Assembly (NCBI GenBank): GCA_934130595.1
Contig: CAKOYF010000006.1
Coordinates: 8,994 to 72,993 of the forward strand
From: an uncultured Clostridia bacterium
GTDB lineage: Bacteria > Bacillota > Clostridia > TANB77 > CAG-465
DNA: 64,000 nt
Reading direction: 5' to 3'
Shown here: piece by piece, positions 10,064 through 21,023 of the stretch
How positions within the stretch are numbered: position 1 is the stretch's first letter
Layout: each line of letters starts with the position of its first letter
Notes under the pieces: model-generated
Told to the model about the DNA's origin: nothing
The model's database searches: none
The model's input: the letters and a program-made list of their open reading frames with translations, nothing else
Translations under genes and position numbers: made by a program

Positions 10064-11137
10064 ATGAGTAAAGGAAAAGTTTTATTAGGTATGAGTGGTG
10101 GAGTAGATAGTTCAGTAAGTGCTGTGCTATTACAAGAACAAGGATACGAAGTATATGGAGTAACACTAAAGTTATTTGATGGAAAAGACGAAAGAACAGA
10201 AGCTTGTTGTGGACTTTCTGCAACAGCAGATGCAAAACGTGTTTGTGATAAACTTGGAATACCACACTATACAATAAACTTTGAAAAAGAATTCAAAGAA
10301 AAAGTAATAGATAAATTTATTAATGAGTATCAAAATTGTAGAACACCTAATCCATGTATAGACTGTAACAGGTATCTAAAATTTGGAGCAATGTATGAGT
10401 TAGCCAAAAAGCTAGGAATAGAATATATTGCAACAGGACATTATGCTAAAGTTGAATATAGTGAAGAGTATGGAAGGTATGTTATAAAGAAGTCTAAAGC
10501 AGCTAAAAAAGATCAAACTTATGTGCTATATAATATTCCAAGTGACTTAGTAGAACATGTATTATTCCCACTTGCAGATTTTGAGTCAAAAGATGAAATA
10601 AGAAAAATAGCAAAAGAACATGGCCTTTTAGTAGCTCAAAAACCAGAAAGCCAAGAAATTTGTTTTATTACAGATAATGACTATGTTAATTTCTTAGAAA
10701 AGCATAATATTCAAGGAATGAAACATGGTAAAATTGTAGATAAAAATGGAACAGTACTTGGAAAACATCAAGGGCTTCATAGATATACAATAGGACAAAG
10801 AAGAGGAATGGGAATTTCAAGTTCAACACCACTTTATGTAGTAGAACTAAATAAACAAAAAAATGAATTAATAGTTGGAAAAGAAGAAGATCTTTACTCA
10901 GATACTGTTCTAGTAGAAGATACTAACTGCATATTATTTGATTCATTTAAAGATGGGTTAGAAGTTGATGCTAAAATTAGATATTCAGCACCAGCTAAGC
11001 CAGCTGTTATTCATGTAAATGAAGATAATACTTTAACTGTAAAGTTTAAAGAGAAAGTAAAATCAGTAACACCAGGACAAGCTATAGCTTTCTATATTGG
11101 AGATATCCTTGTTGGTGGAGGAAGAATAATAAAGTAA
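10064..11137 (+). CDS. mnmA: tRNA 2-thiouridine(34) synthase MnmA
   Basis: PP-loop GMSGGVDSSV, the conserved CxxC-type region NPCIDCNRYLKF, and a 357-aa length. Confidence 0.9.
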   Translation: MSKGKVLLGMSGGVDSSVSAVLLQEQGYEVYGVTLKLFDGKDERTEACCGLSATADAKRVCDKLGIPHYTINFEKEFKEKVIDKFINEYQNCRTPNPCIDCNRYLKFGAMYELAKKLGIEYIATGHYAKVEYSEEYGRYVIKKSKAAKKDQTYVLYNIPSDLVEHVLFPLADFESKDEIRKIAKEHGLLVAQKPESQEICFITDNDYVNFLEKHNIQGMKHGKIVDKNGTVLGKHQGLHRYTIGQRRGMGISSSTPLYVVELNKQKNELIVGKEEDLYSDTVLVEDTNCILFDSFKDGLEVDAKIRYSAPAKPAVIHVNEDNTLTVKFKEKVKSVTPGQAIAFYIGDILVGGGRIIK

Positions 11138-11154
11138 AAAAATAATTAATAAAA

Positions 11155-11199
11155 AGAAGACATAATAGAGTTTAAATCATGATGTCTTCTTTATTTTTT
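11155..11199 (+). terminator. rho-independent terminator after mnmA
   Basis: AGAAGACAT (11155-11163) pairs with ATGTCTTCT (11182-11190), followed by a T-rich run. Confidence 0.6.
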
Positions 11200-11229
11200 A
11201 TGATATAATGTATTTGTGAGGTAAAAAAT

Positions 11230-11880
11230 ATGAAAAAAGGAATTATAATAGGAATAAGTATCTCAATAGTAATAATTTTAACAACATTGTGGTTAGAAAT
11301 TTTCTACATAAAAAAGTATAAAAACTATTATGAGGATGTAGATTTTAATATTGAAACATATGTGAGTAGTGTGGATAAAGATAATGACGGAATAGATGAC
11401 CAAACAGATATGTTAGAAAATGTAAAAAAGTATATTTCTAAAAATCCAAAATACAAAAGCAAATATTATGATACAGGATATCCAAATGATGAGTATGGAG
11501 TATGTACAGATGTAGTTGCTTTTGGAATGTTAGGTGCTGGATATGATTTGATGGAACTAGTAAATGAAGATATATTGAAAAATCCAGAAAAGTACAATTT
11601 AGAAAATATAGATAAAAATATAGATTTTAGAAGAGTAAGAAATTTAAAAATATATTTAGATAATAATGCAATATCTTTGACTACAGATATAAATCAAATA
11701 GAACAGTGGCAAGGAGGAGATATTATAGTATTTGAAAAGCATATAGGAGTTATATCAGATAAAAGAAACAAAAACGGAATACCTTATGTGATTCATCATG
11801 CAAATCCATATCAATTAAATTATGAAGAAGACTTCTTAGAATATAGAAATGATATTGTAGGACATTATAGAATAAGTTAA
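11230..11880 (+). CDS. DUF1287-family protein with N-terminal TM anchor
   Basis: GVCTDVV...NIDFRRVRNL...GDIIVF..HIGVISD...IHH...GHYRI matches the DUF1287 pattern as I remember it. Confidence 0.55.
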   Translation: MKKGIIIGISISIVIILTTLWLEIFYIKKYKNYYEDVDFNIETYVSSVDKDNDGIDDQTDMLENVKKYISKNPKYKSKYYDTGYPNDEYGVCTDVVAFGMLGAGYDLMELVNEDILKNPEKYNLENIDKNIDFRRVRNLKIYLDNNAISLTTDINQIEQWQGGDIIVFEKHIGVISDKRNKNGIPYVIHHANPYQLNYEEDFLEYRNDIVGHYRIS

Positions 11881-11980
11881 ATTTGTAGTTTTGATATGTT
11901 TTAAAAATATATTTAATTATTTCTATCATAAAAGTAACATATAAGAATATATTTGTATTAAGTTTACTTGGAGGTAGAAA

Positions 11981-13459
11981 ATGAAGGATATTGAAATATA
12001 TAAAGATATATCAAAAAGAACAAATGGTGACATATATATAGGTGTAGTTGGTCCAGTAAGAACAGGAAAATCTACATTTATCAAAAATTTTATGCAGAGA
12101 TTTGTTATACCAAATATTCAGAATGAATATAAAAAAGATCGTGCTCTGGATGAATTACCACAGAGTGCATCAGGAAAAACAATTATGACAACAGAGCCTA
12201 AATTTATACCAAATGAATCTGTTGAAATTTGTTTAGATAATAATGTTAGATTTAAAACAAGACTTGTAGATTGTGTAGGATATTTAGTAGATGGTGCAGT
12301 AGGTCATATGGAAGATGATATGCCTCGTATGGTAAAGACACCTTGGTCTGATGAAGAAATTCCTTTTTCAAGAGCTGCGGAAATAGGAACAAAGAAAGTA
12401 ATTACAGACCATTCTACAATTGGAATTGTTGTAACTACAGACGGTTCAATAACAGATATAGATAGAAGTAGTTATGTAGAGGCAGAGGAACGTGTAATAC
12501 GAGAATTAAAGCAGATAAATAAGCCATACATAGTTATTCTAAATTCAACAAAGCCTAATGGTAAAGAGGCGAAAAAACTAGAAAATGAATTAAGTGAGAA
12601 GTATAACTCTAGAGTAATAAGTATGGATATTGAAAATATGAATGAAGAAGATTTTTCAAATATATTTGAACGAGTTTTAGAGGAATTCCCTGTAACAGAG
12701 ATAGGTTTTGATTTGCCAGAATGGTTTAATGTGTTAGATTTAGAACATTGGTTAAAACAAGATGTAATAGGTGTAGTGAAAGAATTTTTAGACAAAGAAT
12801 ATTCAATTAGAGAAATAAATCAGCTATTAGATAATATAAGTCAAAAAGAAGAATTTAAAAAAGTATATTTAAAAGATGCAGATATGGAAAATGGAAATGT
12901 AAAAATTGAGATGGATATTACACCAGAAGTCTTCTATAGAATATTAAGTGAAGAATCAAATTTTGATGTAAAATCTGATGCAGACATTTTTTCATTACTT
13001 AGAGATTTTGCAAATACTAAAGCAGAATATGATAAAATTGCTATGGCAATGGAGGAAGTTAGAATAAAAGGATATGGCATAATAACTCCAACAATGGATG
13101 AATTGAAATTAGAAGAACCTGAAATCGTAAAACAAGGTAATAAATATGGAGTTAAGTTAAAAGCTAGTGCACCAAGTATTCATATGATTCGTGCAGATAT
13201 TGAAACAGAGGTATCGCCAATTGTTGGGTCTGAAAAACAATCAGAGGACTTAGTGAAGTACTTACTTTCAGAATTTGAAACAGATCCAAAGAAAATATGG
13301 GAATCAAACATATTTGGAAAATCTTTACATGAGTTAGTAAATGAGGGATTACACAATAAATTATACAGAATGCCAGATGAAGCTCAAATGAAACTTCAAG
13401 AAACTTTACAAAAAATAATAAATGAAGGTAGTGGAGGATTAATTTGTATAATTTTATAA
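11981..13459 (+). CDS. spoIVA: stage IV sporulation protein A (spore-coat basement-layer ATPase)
   Basis: N-terminus IYKDISKRTNGDIYIGVVGPVRTGKSTFIK (Walker A). 492 aa with the characteristic C-terminal ...GSGGLICIIL. Confidence 0.9.
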   Translation: MKDIEIYKDISKRTNGDIYIGVVGPVRTGKSTFIKNFMQRFVIPNIQNEYKKDRALDELPQSASGKTIMTTEPKFIPNESVEICLDNNVRFKTRLVDCVGYLVDGAVGHMEDDMPRMVKTPWSDEEIPFSRAAEIGTKKVITDHSTIGIVVTTDGSITDIDRSSYVEAEERVIRELKQINKPYIVILNSTKPNGKEAKKLENELSEKYNSRVISMDIENMNEEDFSNIFERVLEEFPVTEIGFDLPEWFNVLDLEHWLKQDVIGVVKEFLDKEYSIREINQLLDNISQKEEFKKVYLKDADMENGNVKIEMDITPEVFYRILSEESNFDVKSDADIFSLLRDFANTKAEYDKIAMAMEEVRIKGYGIITPTMDELKLEEPEIVKQGNKYGVKLKASAPSIHMIRADIETEVSPIVGSEKQSEDLVKYLLSEFETDPKKIWESNIFGKSLHELVNEGLHNKLYRMPDEAQMKLQETLQKIINEGSGGLICIIL

Positions 13460-13468
13460 CATAAAAAA

Positions 13469-13497
13469 AGCGTTACAGTAAGATGTAATGCTTTTTT
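13469..13497 (+). terminator. terminator after spoIVA
   Basis: AGCGTTACA pairs with TGTAATGCT (one G-U), followed by TTTTTT. Confidence 0.6.
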
Positions 13498-13526
13498 GTT
13501 AGTTAATTTTAATGCTAAATATTTTA

Positions 13527-13583
13527 AACATCTACTTTATTTTTATTTTGTTGTATGTTAACCTATATTTAGGAGGTATATAT
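13527..13583 (+). repeat. 57-nt leader, copy 1 (precedes A1)
   Basis: AACATCTACTTTATTTTTATTTT...AGGAGGTATATAT aligns without gaps to 14121-14177 and includes the SD. Confidence 0.7.
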
Positions 13584-14033
13584 ATGAATAAAAAAAATAT
13601 AATAATTACAATATTTGTGTTTATTGTACTTGTAGCGTTATTTCTTTTATGGAGATTTGTAATTGGATTTAAACTTACTACAGAAAGTAAATTTAGAAAT
13701 GTTGTAAAAAATATTTCAGATATGAGTGTCTACATTGTAGGTAATGACGATCAAAGAGTTGAAATAGATAATAAAGATGATGTAAATAAAATCTTAGACA
13801 CTTTAGCTACAGCTAAAGTTAAAAGAACAACAGACTTATGGATCGGAGGAGCTTATGTATTAGACTTTGTAAATAATAAAACTAATGATGTAATAGAAGT
13901 GGTTATACATCCAGTTCAAATGACAATATCAAATAAACTATATTCTTTTTGCAATGCAGATAATAATGTATATCAAAAAATAGAAGAAATATTAAAAAAA
14001 TATATCGGAGAATCAACTAAATTTAAAAGTTAA
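13584..14033 (+). CDS. small N-terminally anchored membrane protein, paralog A1
   Basis: ATG 13584 follows AGGAGG; the 13512 start in the track is an upstream extension. One TM helix plus a ~115-aa domain. 129/149 residues are identical to A2 by manual alignment. Confidence 0.7.
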   Translation: MNKKNIIITIFVFIVLVALFLLWRFVIGFKLTTESKFRNVVKNISDMSVYIVGNDDQRVEIDNKDDVNKILDTLATAKVKRTTDLWIGGAYVLDFVNNKTNDVIEVVIHPVQMTISNKLYSFCNADNNVYQKIEEILKKYIGESTKFKS

Positions 14034-14043
14034 TATAGAAAAA

Positions 14044-14073
14044 AGGAGAATAGGGTATTACTATTCTCCTTTA
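14044..14073 (+). terminator. hairpin after A1
   Basis: AGGAGAATAG pairs with CTATTCTCCT (10 bp perfect). The downstream T-run is weak. Confidence 0.45.
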
Positions 14074-14120
14074 AGTTTATTATCTAAATAAAAAGGTTTT
14101 ATTTAGATTATTATTTTTTT

Positions 14121-14177
14121 AACATCTACTTTATTTTTATTTTTTTATATGCTAACATATACTCAGGAGGGATATAT
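14121..14177 (+). repeat. 57-nt leader, copy 2 (precedes B1)
   Basis: See 13527-13583. Confidence 0.7.
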
Positions 14178-14645
14178 ATGAAATTAAATAAAAATATAGT
14201 AATGTTAATTATTTTATGTGTTGTTGTTCTTTTAGCAGTAATGGCAGTATTTTTTGTAAATAAAAATAGTGTAAATAATTGCATAAAAGATGAAAAAGTA
14301 CAAGTAGAAACATTAAAAGAAATATATAAAGACATGTTTAGTAATTTAAATACTCAAGATGTAAATATAGTTTTAGATGAAACAGCCTTAAAAAATATTT
14401 TAACAGATGAAAGATTTTCAGAAGAGAATGTTACTAAATTGCAAGAAGTTGAAAAAAATGTAGAAGGAGCACAAAGCACATATACACTATACATTAAGTA
14501 TTCAAAAGATACAGAAGTTATAACAATTGAAGTTGTTGGAAGTGGTGTAGACAATTCAAAAACGACTCAAGAATATAAACTAAATGTAAAAAATGGCAAG
14601 GTAGTTTTTGAACGTTCTGGATTTGGAAATACAATAATGCAATAA
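14178..14645 (+). CDS. small N-terminally anchored membrane protein, paralog B1
   Basis: SD AGGAGGG. One TM helix plus a ~125-aa domain. 137/155 residues are identical to B2 by manual alignment. Confidence 0.7.
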   Translation: MKLNKNIVMLIILCVVVLLAVMAVFFVNKNSVNNCIKDEKVQVETLKEIYKDMFSNLNTQDVNIVLDETALKNILTDERFSEENVTKLQEVEKNVEGAQSTYTLYIKYSKDTEVITIEVVGSGVDNSKTTQEYKLNVKNGKVVFERSGFGNTIMQ

Positions 14646-14682
14646 GTTAATGAAAATATTTATATATTGTGGAGGTATATCT

Positions 14683-15132
14683 ATGAATAAAAAAAGCATT
14701 ATAATTACAATAGCTATTTTCATCGTACTTGTAGCACTATTTCTTTTATGGAGATTTGTAATTGGATTTAAACTTACTACAGAAAGTAAATTTAGGAATG
14801 TTGTAAAAAATATTTCAGATATGAGTGTCTATATTGTAGGTAATGACGATCAAAGAGTTGAAATAGATAATTCAGACGATGTAAATGAAATCTTAGATAC
14901 TTTAGCTACAGCTAAAGTTAAAAGAACAACAGACTTGTGGATTGGAGGAGCATATAGAATAGACTTTGTAAATAATAAAACTAACGATGTAGTAAAAGTA
15001 ATTGTACATCCAGTTCAAGTAAGAATGTTTGGTAAAGTATATTCTTTTTGTAATGCGGATAATAACGTATATCAAAAAATAAAAGAAATATTAAAAAAAT
15101 ACATTGGAGAATCAACTGCTTTTACAAATTAA
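14683..15132 (+). CDS. small N-terminally anchored membrane protein, paralog A2
   Basis: ATG 14683 follows GGAGG. Paralog of A1. Confidence 0.7.
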   Translation: MNKKSIIITIAIFIVLVALFLLWRFVIGFKLTTESKFRNVVKNISDMSVYIVGNDDQRVEIDNSDDVNEILDTLATAKVKRTTDLWIGGAYRIDFVNNKTNDVVKVIVHPVQVRMFGKVYSFCNADNNVYQKIKEILKKYIGESTAFTN

Positions 15133-15175
15133 TATGTAAATCAAAAATAATTACATATATTTAGGAGGGATATAT

Positions 15176-15643
15176 ATGAAATCAAATAAAAATATAGTCA
15201 TGTTAATTATTTTATGTGTTGTTGTTCTTTTAGCAGTAATAGCAGTATTTTTTGTAAATAAAAATAGTGTAAATAATTACATAAAAGATGAAAAGGTACA
15301 AGTAGAAACATTAAAAGAAATATATAAAGACATGTTTAGTAATTTAAATACTCAAGATGTAAATATAGTTTTAGATGAAACAGCATTAAAAAATATTTTA
15401 ACAGATGAAAAATTTTCAGAAGAAAATGTTACTAAATTACAAGAAGTCGAAAAAAATGTAGAAGGAGCACAAAGCACATATACACTATACACTAAGTATT
15501 CAAAAGATGCAGAAGTTATAACAATTGAAGTTGTTGGAAGTGGTGTAAGCAATTCAAAAAGGATTCAACAATATAAGCTAAATGTAAAAAATGGTAAATT
15601 AAATTTTGAGCGTTATAAAGCAGGAACTACAATAGTTGAATAA
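15176..15643 (+). CDS. small N-terminally anchored membrane protein, paralog B2
   Basis: SD AGGAGGG. Paralog of B1. Confidence 0.7.
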   Translation: MKSNKNIVMLIILCVVVLLAVIAVFFVNKNSVNNYIKDEKVQVETLKEIYKDMFSNLNTQDVNIVLDETALKNILTDEKFSEENVTKLQEVEKNVEGAQSTYTLYTKYSKDAEVITIEVVGSGVSNSKRIQQYKLNVKNGKLNFERYKAGTTIVE

Positions 15644-15655
15644 AAATAAATTAGA

Positions 15656-15684
15656 TAAAAAAGGTACATTATATGTACCTTTTT
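15656..15684 (+). terminator. terminator after B2
   Basis: AAGGTACAT pairs with ATGTACCTT, followed by TTTT. Confidence 0.65.
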
Positions 15685-15822
15685 TGTTATTTAATATAAT
15701 TAAGTATTAATATTCTAGTTTATTTTTATGCTTTAGTATGTTAATATATTAGAAAAGAATTTTAGGTCATATTAAAAAGATATAATTTAAAAATAGAAAT
15801 TAAAATATAGAGGAGAATTTGT

Positions 15823-16599
15823 ATGAAAAAATGTACTAAAATAATATTTAGCATTTTACTAACAATAAGCTTAATATTAGTAACAATGAGCTTCATAGGT
15901 GAAAATATAGTTGTAAAGACTTTTTCTCAAGAAATATTATCTAAAAAAATATCAGGATATTTCTTAGATGAAATTGTATATGATGTGGATATAGAAGAAT
16001 TAGGAAAGATAGAGGATAATATTAGAGCAAGCAAATATACAGATAGAATAACTTCAAAGTTTATACGAGCTATAGTGGAAAATGTAGGAAATAGTGATGA
16101 TATAAAATTTGATATATCTAAGGAAGTAGACTCATTAATTTTAGAGAATATGCCTGAAAAATTTTATAGTGAAAAAGCAGATACTACTAAAGAATATTTG
16201 AACGAGAATATTGTAAGAATTGAGAAAGATTTGGAAGAAAGCTTAATTTATTCGTTTGGAAGCTATTATATTATTATTTTAAAGTTATATAGTATATTAA
16301 CTAATATTTGTTTTAGAATATTTATGAGTATAATATGTATTATAGCTATAATAGCTTTGGCAGTAGAAGAAAAAAATAAGGCATTAAAATCAATCGCAAT
16401 AAGTAACATAATTACAATGATAGTTACAATAATAACATTTATTATAATAAAATTACTTCTTAATTTTATAGATCAAAGACTTGCTGGAGGATGGTTAAGT
16501 AATATATATTTAAGAGGAATGCTTATTTTTATTGTAGTTGAATTTATTATTAATTTAATACTAGTTATTAGCACAATAAAATTAAAAAGAAACAATTAG
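15823..16599 (+). CDS. hypothetical multi-pass membrane protein
   Basis: SD GAGGAG. N-terminal TM helix and a hydrophobic C-terminal half with about 4 TM segments. No motif recognised. Confidence 0.6.
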   Translation: MKKCTKIIFSILLTISLILVTMSFIGENIVVKTFSQEILSKKISGYFLDEIVYDVDIEELGKIEDNIRASKYTDRITSKFIRAIVENVGNSDDIKFDISKEVDSLILENMPEKFYSEKADTTKEYLNENIVRIEKDLEESLIYSFGSYYIIILKLYSILTNICFRIFMSIICIIAIIALAVEEKNKALKSIAISNIITMIVTIITFIIIKLLLNFIDQRLAGGWLSNIYLRGMLIFIVVEFIINLILVISTIKLKRNN

Positions 16600-16702
16600 T
16601 AAATTACTATTGACGAAAAAACAGAAAACGTTTTATATTGCTTGTAATTTCTTGACAAAAGTTAAAATAATGGTAAAATATCCCTATGAAGAGGGATGAA
16701 GT

Positions 16703-17599
16703 ATGGAATTAGCAATATTATCGTGTAATAAAAAATTAAATAATGATACAGCATTTCAAATTTTTGCAATGTATGAGTACTTAAAGAGGCAAGGAAATAA
16801 TGTTCAAGTTGTAGACTGTGGTCTAAAAGATTATAAGAAAAATTATGATTTTTTATCATCTAATGTAGTATTGACTGTAAATACATATGCGGATTACAGA
16901 CAAGTTGAAGAAAATCAGCCACTTGTAGATAAGTACATTATCTTAAATTATGATTGTGATAGCGAAAATTTGAATTTAAATGGAAAAGAAAATATTATAT
17001 ATGGGATAAATAATATTTCTAATAAACAAATAGAAAAAATAGCAAATGATGGATATAAGATATCATCATTAATTGATTTAAAAAATAAAAATATAAAAAA
17101 TGTAGTAGACCCAGTGTTTTTAATTTCTAAAGAGCAGTGGTTAGATGAGATTAATCAAAAAAGCAAGATAGATATTGGTACAGACTATGTTTTAGTTTAT
17201 AGTGATGTTGTAACAAAAGAAATGTTAAAGTATGCAGAAGATATTTCGAGAAAAAATTGCTTAAAAATGTATGTTGTAGCAGATAAAGTACAAGCTATTT
17301 TTTATAAAGGAAAAAGAATAAAAAACACTAATATCATTGATTTAGCTAACTTAATTTCAAATGCACAAACAATTGTTACTTCATGTAATGATGCAATAAA
17401 ACTAGCAGTAGTGTTTGATAAAAATTTACATATATTTGATACTCAAGATGATGAACAAATTGAACTTATAGATAAACTTGATTTGAAAAAGAGAATAGTT
17501 AAAGATACATCTAGAGTTTTAGAGCCTTGGCAAGAATATAAAGATATAAAAGAAAAAATAGAAGATTTAAAAATAGATTCTTATGAATTATTACAATAA
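16703..17599 (+). CDS. hypothetical protein, possibly polysaccharide pyruvyl-transferase-like
   Basis: The promoter TTGACA (16652-16657) / TGgTAAAAT (16671-16679) and SD GAGGGA support the CDS. The N-terminus ILSCN..NDTAFQIFAMYEYLKRQG..VQVVD and the DPVFLISKEQW segment resemble that family only loosely. Confidence 0.35.
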   Translation: MELAILSCNKKLNNDTAFQIFAMYEYLKRQGNNVQVVDCGLKDYKKNYDFLSSNVVLTVNTYADYRQVEENQPLVDKYIILNYDCDSENLNLNGKENIIYGINNISNKQIEKIANDGYKISSLIDLKNKNIKNVVDPVFLISKEQWLDEINQKSKIDIGTDYVLVYSDVVTKEMLKYAEDISRKNCLKMYVVADKVQAIFYKGKRIKNTNIIDLANLISNAQTIVTSCNDAIKLAVVFDKNLHIFDTQDDEQIELIDKLDLKKRIVKDTSRVLEPWQEYKDIKEKIEDLKIDSYELLQ

Positions 17600-17604
17600 A
17601 AAAA

Positions 17605-17640
17605 TAAAGTGCGTTGCTTTAGTTTTAGCAATGCACTTTA
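17605..17640. terminator. bidirectional terminator between convergent genes
   Basis: TAAAGTGCGTTGCT pairs with AGCAATGCACTTTA (G-U pairs allowed). It is flanked by A-runs and T-runs and overlaps the stop of the minus-strand gene. Confidence 0.6.
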
Positions 17641-18306
17641 TTTTGGACTAAATATGTTAGCTAAGTCTTTAGCAGAAGACATTAAGCTCATAAGAAGTAC
17701 TATTAGAAGTAATACAAGAACTATTACTTTTATTCCAAAGTCTTTAAGTAAGCTTTTATAATAACGTTTAGTTTCTTCTTTTTTTAGTTGTTTTAGCTCT
17801 TCTAAAGTCATTCCATCATAAGGATTTTGAGGTTGAGGAGGAGTAAAACCATTAAATCCGCCATAACCACCTGCGTTAGTATATCCTTGATTTGAGTATT
17901 GAGAATTATAATTTGGGTTTGAGTACTGAGAGTCATAATTTGGATTTGTGTATTGAGTAGCATTGTTATTTCCAATACCAGTTAATCTAGTTATATATTC
18001 ATCTTTTTTAGCAATTACTTGTTTTAGGTACTCGTTTTCTTCTAAAACAGCATTTAGTTGCTCATCAGTATATTTAGATGAATTTTCTTCAGCTTCTAGT
18101 TGAGCATCATATTTTTCTCTTTCAATATCATTTGAAAGAACATTATATGCTTCTGTTAATTCTTTAGACTTTTCTTCAGCTTTAATTTTTTCTTCGCCTT
18201 GAAATAAGTCAGGGTGATTAGCTTTCATATGTATTTTAAATATTTTATTAATAGTGTCTTTTGAAGCTTTTCTGCTTACTTCCAATACATCATAATAATT
18301 TTTCAT
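17638..18306 (-). CDS. J-domain (DnaJ-like) protein with an N/Q/Y/G-rich segment and a C-terminal TM helix
   Basis: MKNYYDVLEVSRKASKDTINKIFKIHMKANHPD carries the J-domain HPD motif. ATG 18306 lies 7 nt after GGAG; the track start at 18318 is TTG. C-terminal hydrophobic stretch IKVIVLVLLLIVLLMSLM. Confidence 0.8.
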   Translation of the reverse strand: MKNYYDVLEVSRKASKDTINKIFKIHMKANHPDLFQGEEKIKAEEKSKELTEAYNVLSNDIEREKYDAQLEAEENSSKYTDEQLNAVLEENEYLKQVIAKKDEYITRLTGIGNNNATQYTNPNYDSQYSNPNYNSQYSNQGYTNAGGYGGFNGFTPPQPQNPYDGMTLEELKQLKKEETKRYYKSLLKDFGIKVIVLVLLLIVLLMSLMSSAKDLANIFSPK

Positions 18307-18471
18307 ACTTTTCTCCAATACTTATACATAAATATATTGTACTTTAAAAAAAAGACAAAGTCAAGCTAGAAAAAGTTATTACAAAATTCTACAATAATAT
18401 AAAAAATATATTAAATTTAATTTTAGTGTATTGAAAAATAATACTGGTATGATATAATTTAAAAATATTAA

Positions 18472-20103
<1,632 letters not shown>

Positions 20104-20179
20104 AAAAATGTCATTTTTTTATTGCAATTAGAAAGAATATAGTATAATATTTAGATATAAATGTATAGGAGGTAGAAAT

Positions 20180-20542
20180 ATGGTACAAGAAAGAAATATT
20201 GTATTAGCAGTTGTTTTAACATTTATTACTTGCGGAATTTATGGTATATATTGGTTTATATGCTTAACAAATGACGCAGCAACTGCAGCTGGAGATTCAG
20301 AGTTTAGTGGAGGAAAAGCTTTCTTATTTACACTTATTACATGTGGAATATATGGAATTTACTGGTATTATAAAATGGGAAAAACACTAAAAATGGCTAA
20401 TGATAAAGCTAACATTAATACTACAGATAATTCTATATTATATTTAGTTTTAGGAATTTTTGGATTTGGAATAGTTAGCTATTGCATTATGCAAAATGAA
20501 CTAAATACTTTAGCTAAAAATGGTAATGTAACAGTTGCATAA
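20180..20542 (+). CDS. DUF4234-family small membrane protein
   Basis: Duplicated TCGIYGIYW motif (residues ~17-25 and ~54-62), characteristic of DUF4234. Confidence 0.6.
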   Translation: MVQERNIVLAVVLTFITCGIYGIYWFICLTNDAATAAGDSEFSGGKAFLFTLITCGIYGIYWYYKMGKTLKMANDKANINTTDNSILYLVLGIFGFGIVSYCIMQNELNTLAKNGNVTVA

Positions 20543-20548
20543 CCTATT

Positions 20549-20923
20549 ATGAAGAAAAAAGATTATATTATTTGTATAATTATTTTTGGTGTAATGGCAA
20601 TACTATATTTAAGGTTTGGTATTGCCATTCCTTGTATTATAAAAACAGTAACAGGATTATGGTGCCCAGGATGTGGAATAACAAGACTCTGTTTAGCATT
20701 AGCTGATGGAAAAATTTATCAGGCATTTAGATATAATCCAATAATTTTTGTAGATGTACCATTAATCTTAATTACATTTATTATTAAAAAGATATTCAAA
20801 AACAAAGAAGAAGCTAAGAAATTAAATAACATAATATATATTTTCTTAATTATTATAACTATTATTTTTGGTGTGTTAAGAAACACTCCATATTTTTCTT
20901 TTCTAGCACCCACACAATTATAG
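20549..20923 (+). CDS. DUF2752-family membrane protein
   Basis: CPGCGITR motif after the first TM helix. Roughly 120-aa, four-helix layout. Confidence 0.6.
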   Translation: MKKKDYIICIIIFGVMAILYLRFGIAIPCIIKTVTGLWCPGCGITRLCLALADGKIYQAFRYNPIIFVDVPLILITFIIKKIFKNKEEAKKLNNIIYIFLIIITIIFGVLRNTPYFSFLAPTQL

Positions 20924-21023
20924 TAGAATCTAGCATGATTCTGCTTTTTATGTGCACTTTTTTCTTGCAAAATAGTGATATATATAGTAAAATATTATAT
21001 AGTTTTTATTAGGAGATGATTAT

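Noticed and set aside
13512-13583. Long N-terminal extensions of track ORFs (13512, 14650, 24650, 31608, 31999, 34824, 36841, 39896, 53188 and similar).
   Set aside because: Internal ATGs are preceded by strong AGGAGG-type SDs at correct spacing. The extensions run through promoters, terminator hairpins or the preceding gene.
16680-16697. Hairpin ATCCCT/AGGGAT that would sequester the SD of gene 16703.
   Set aside because: The good promoter (TTGACA 16652 / TGgTAAAAT 16671-16679) predicts a TSS near 16686. The 5' arm would then not be transcribed, and the 6-bp stem is weak in any case.
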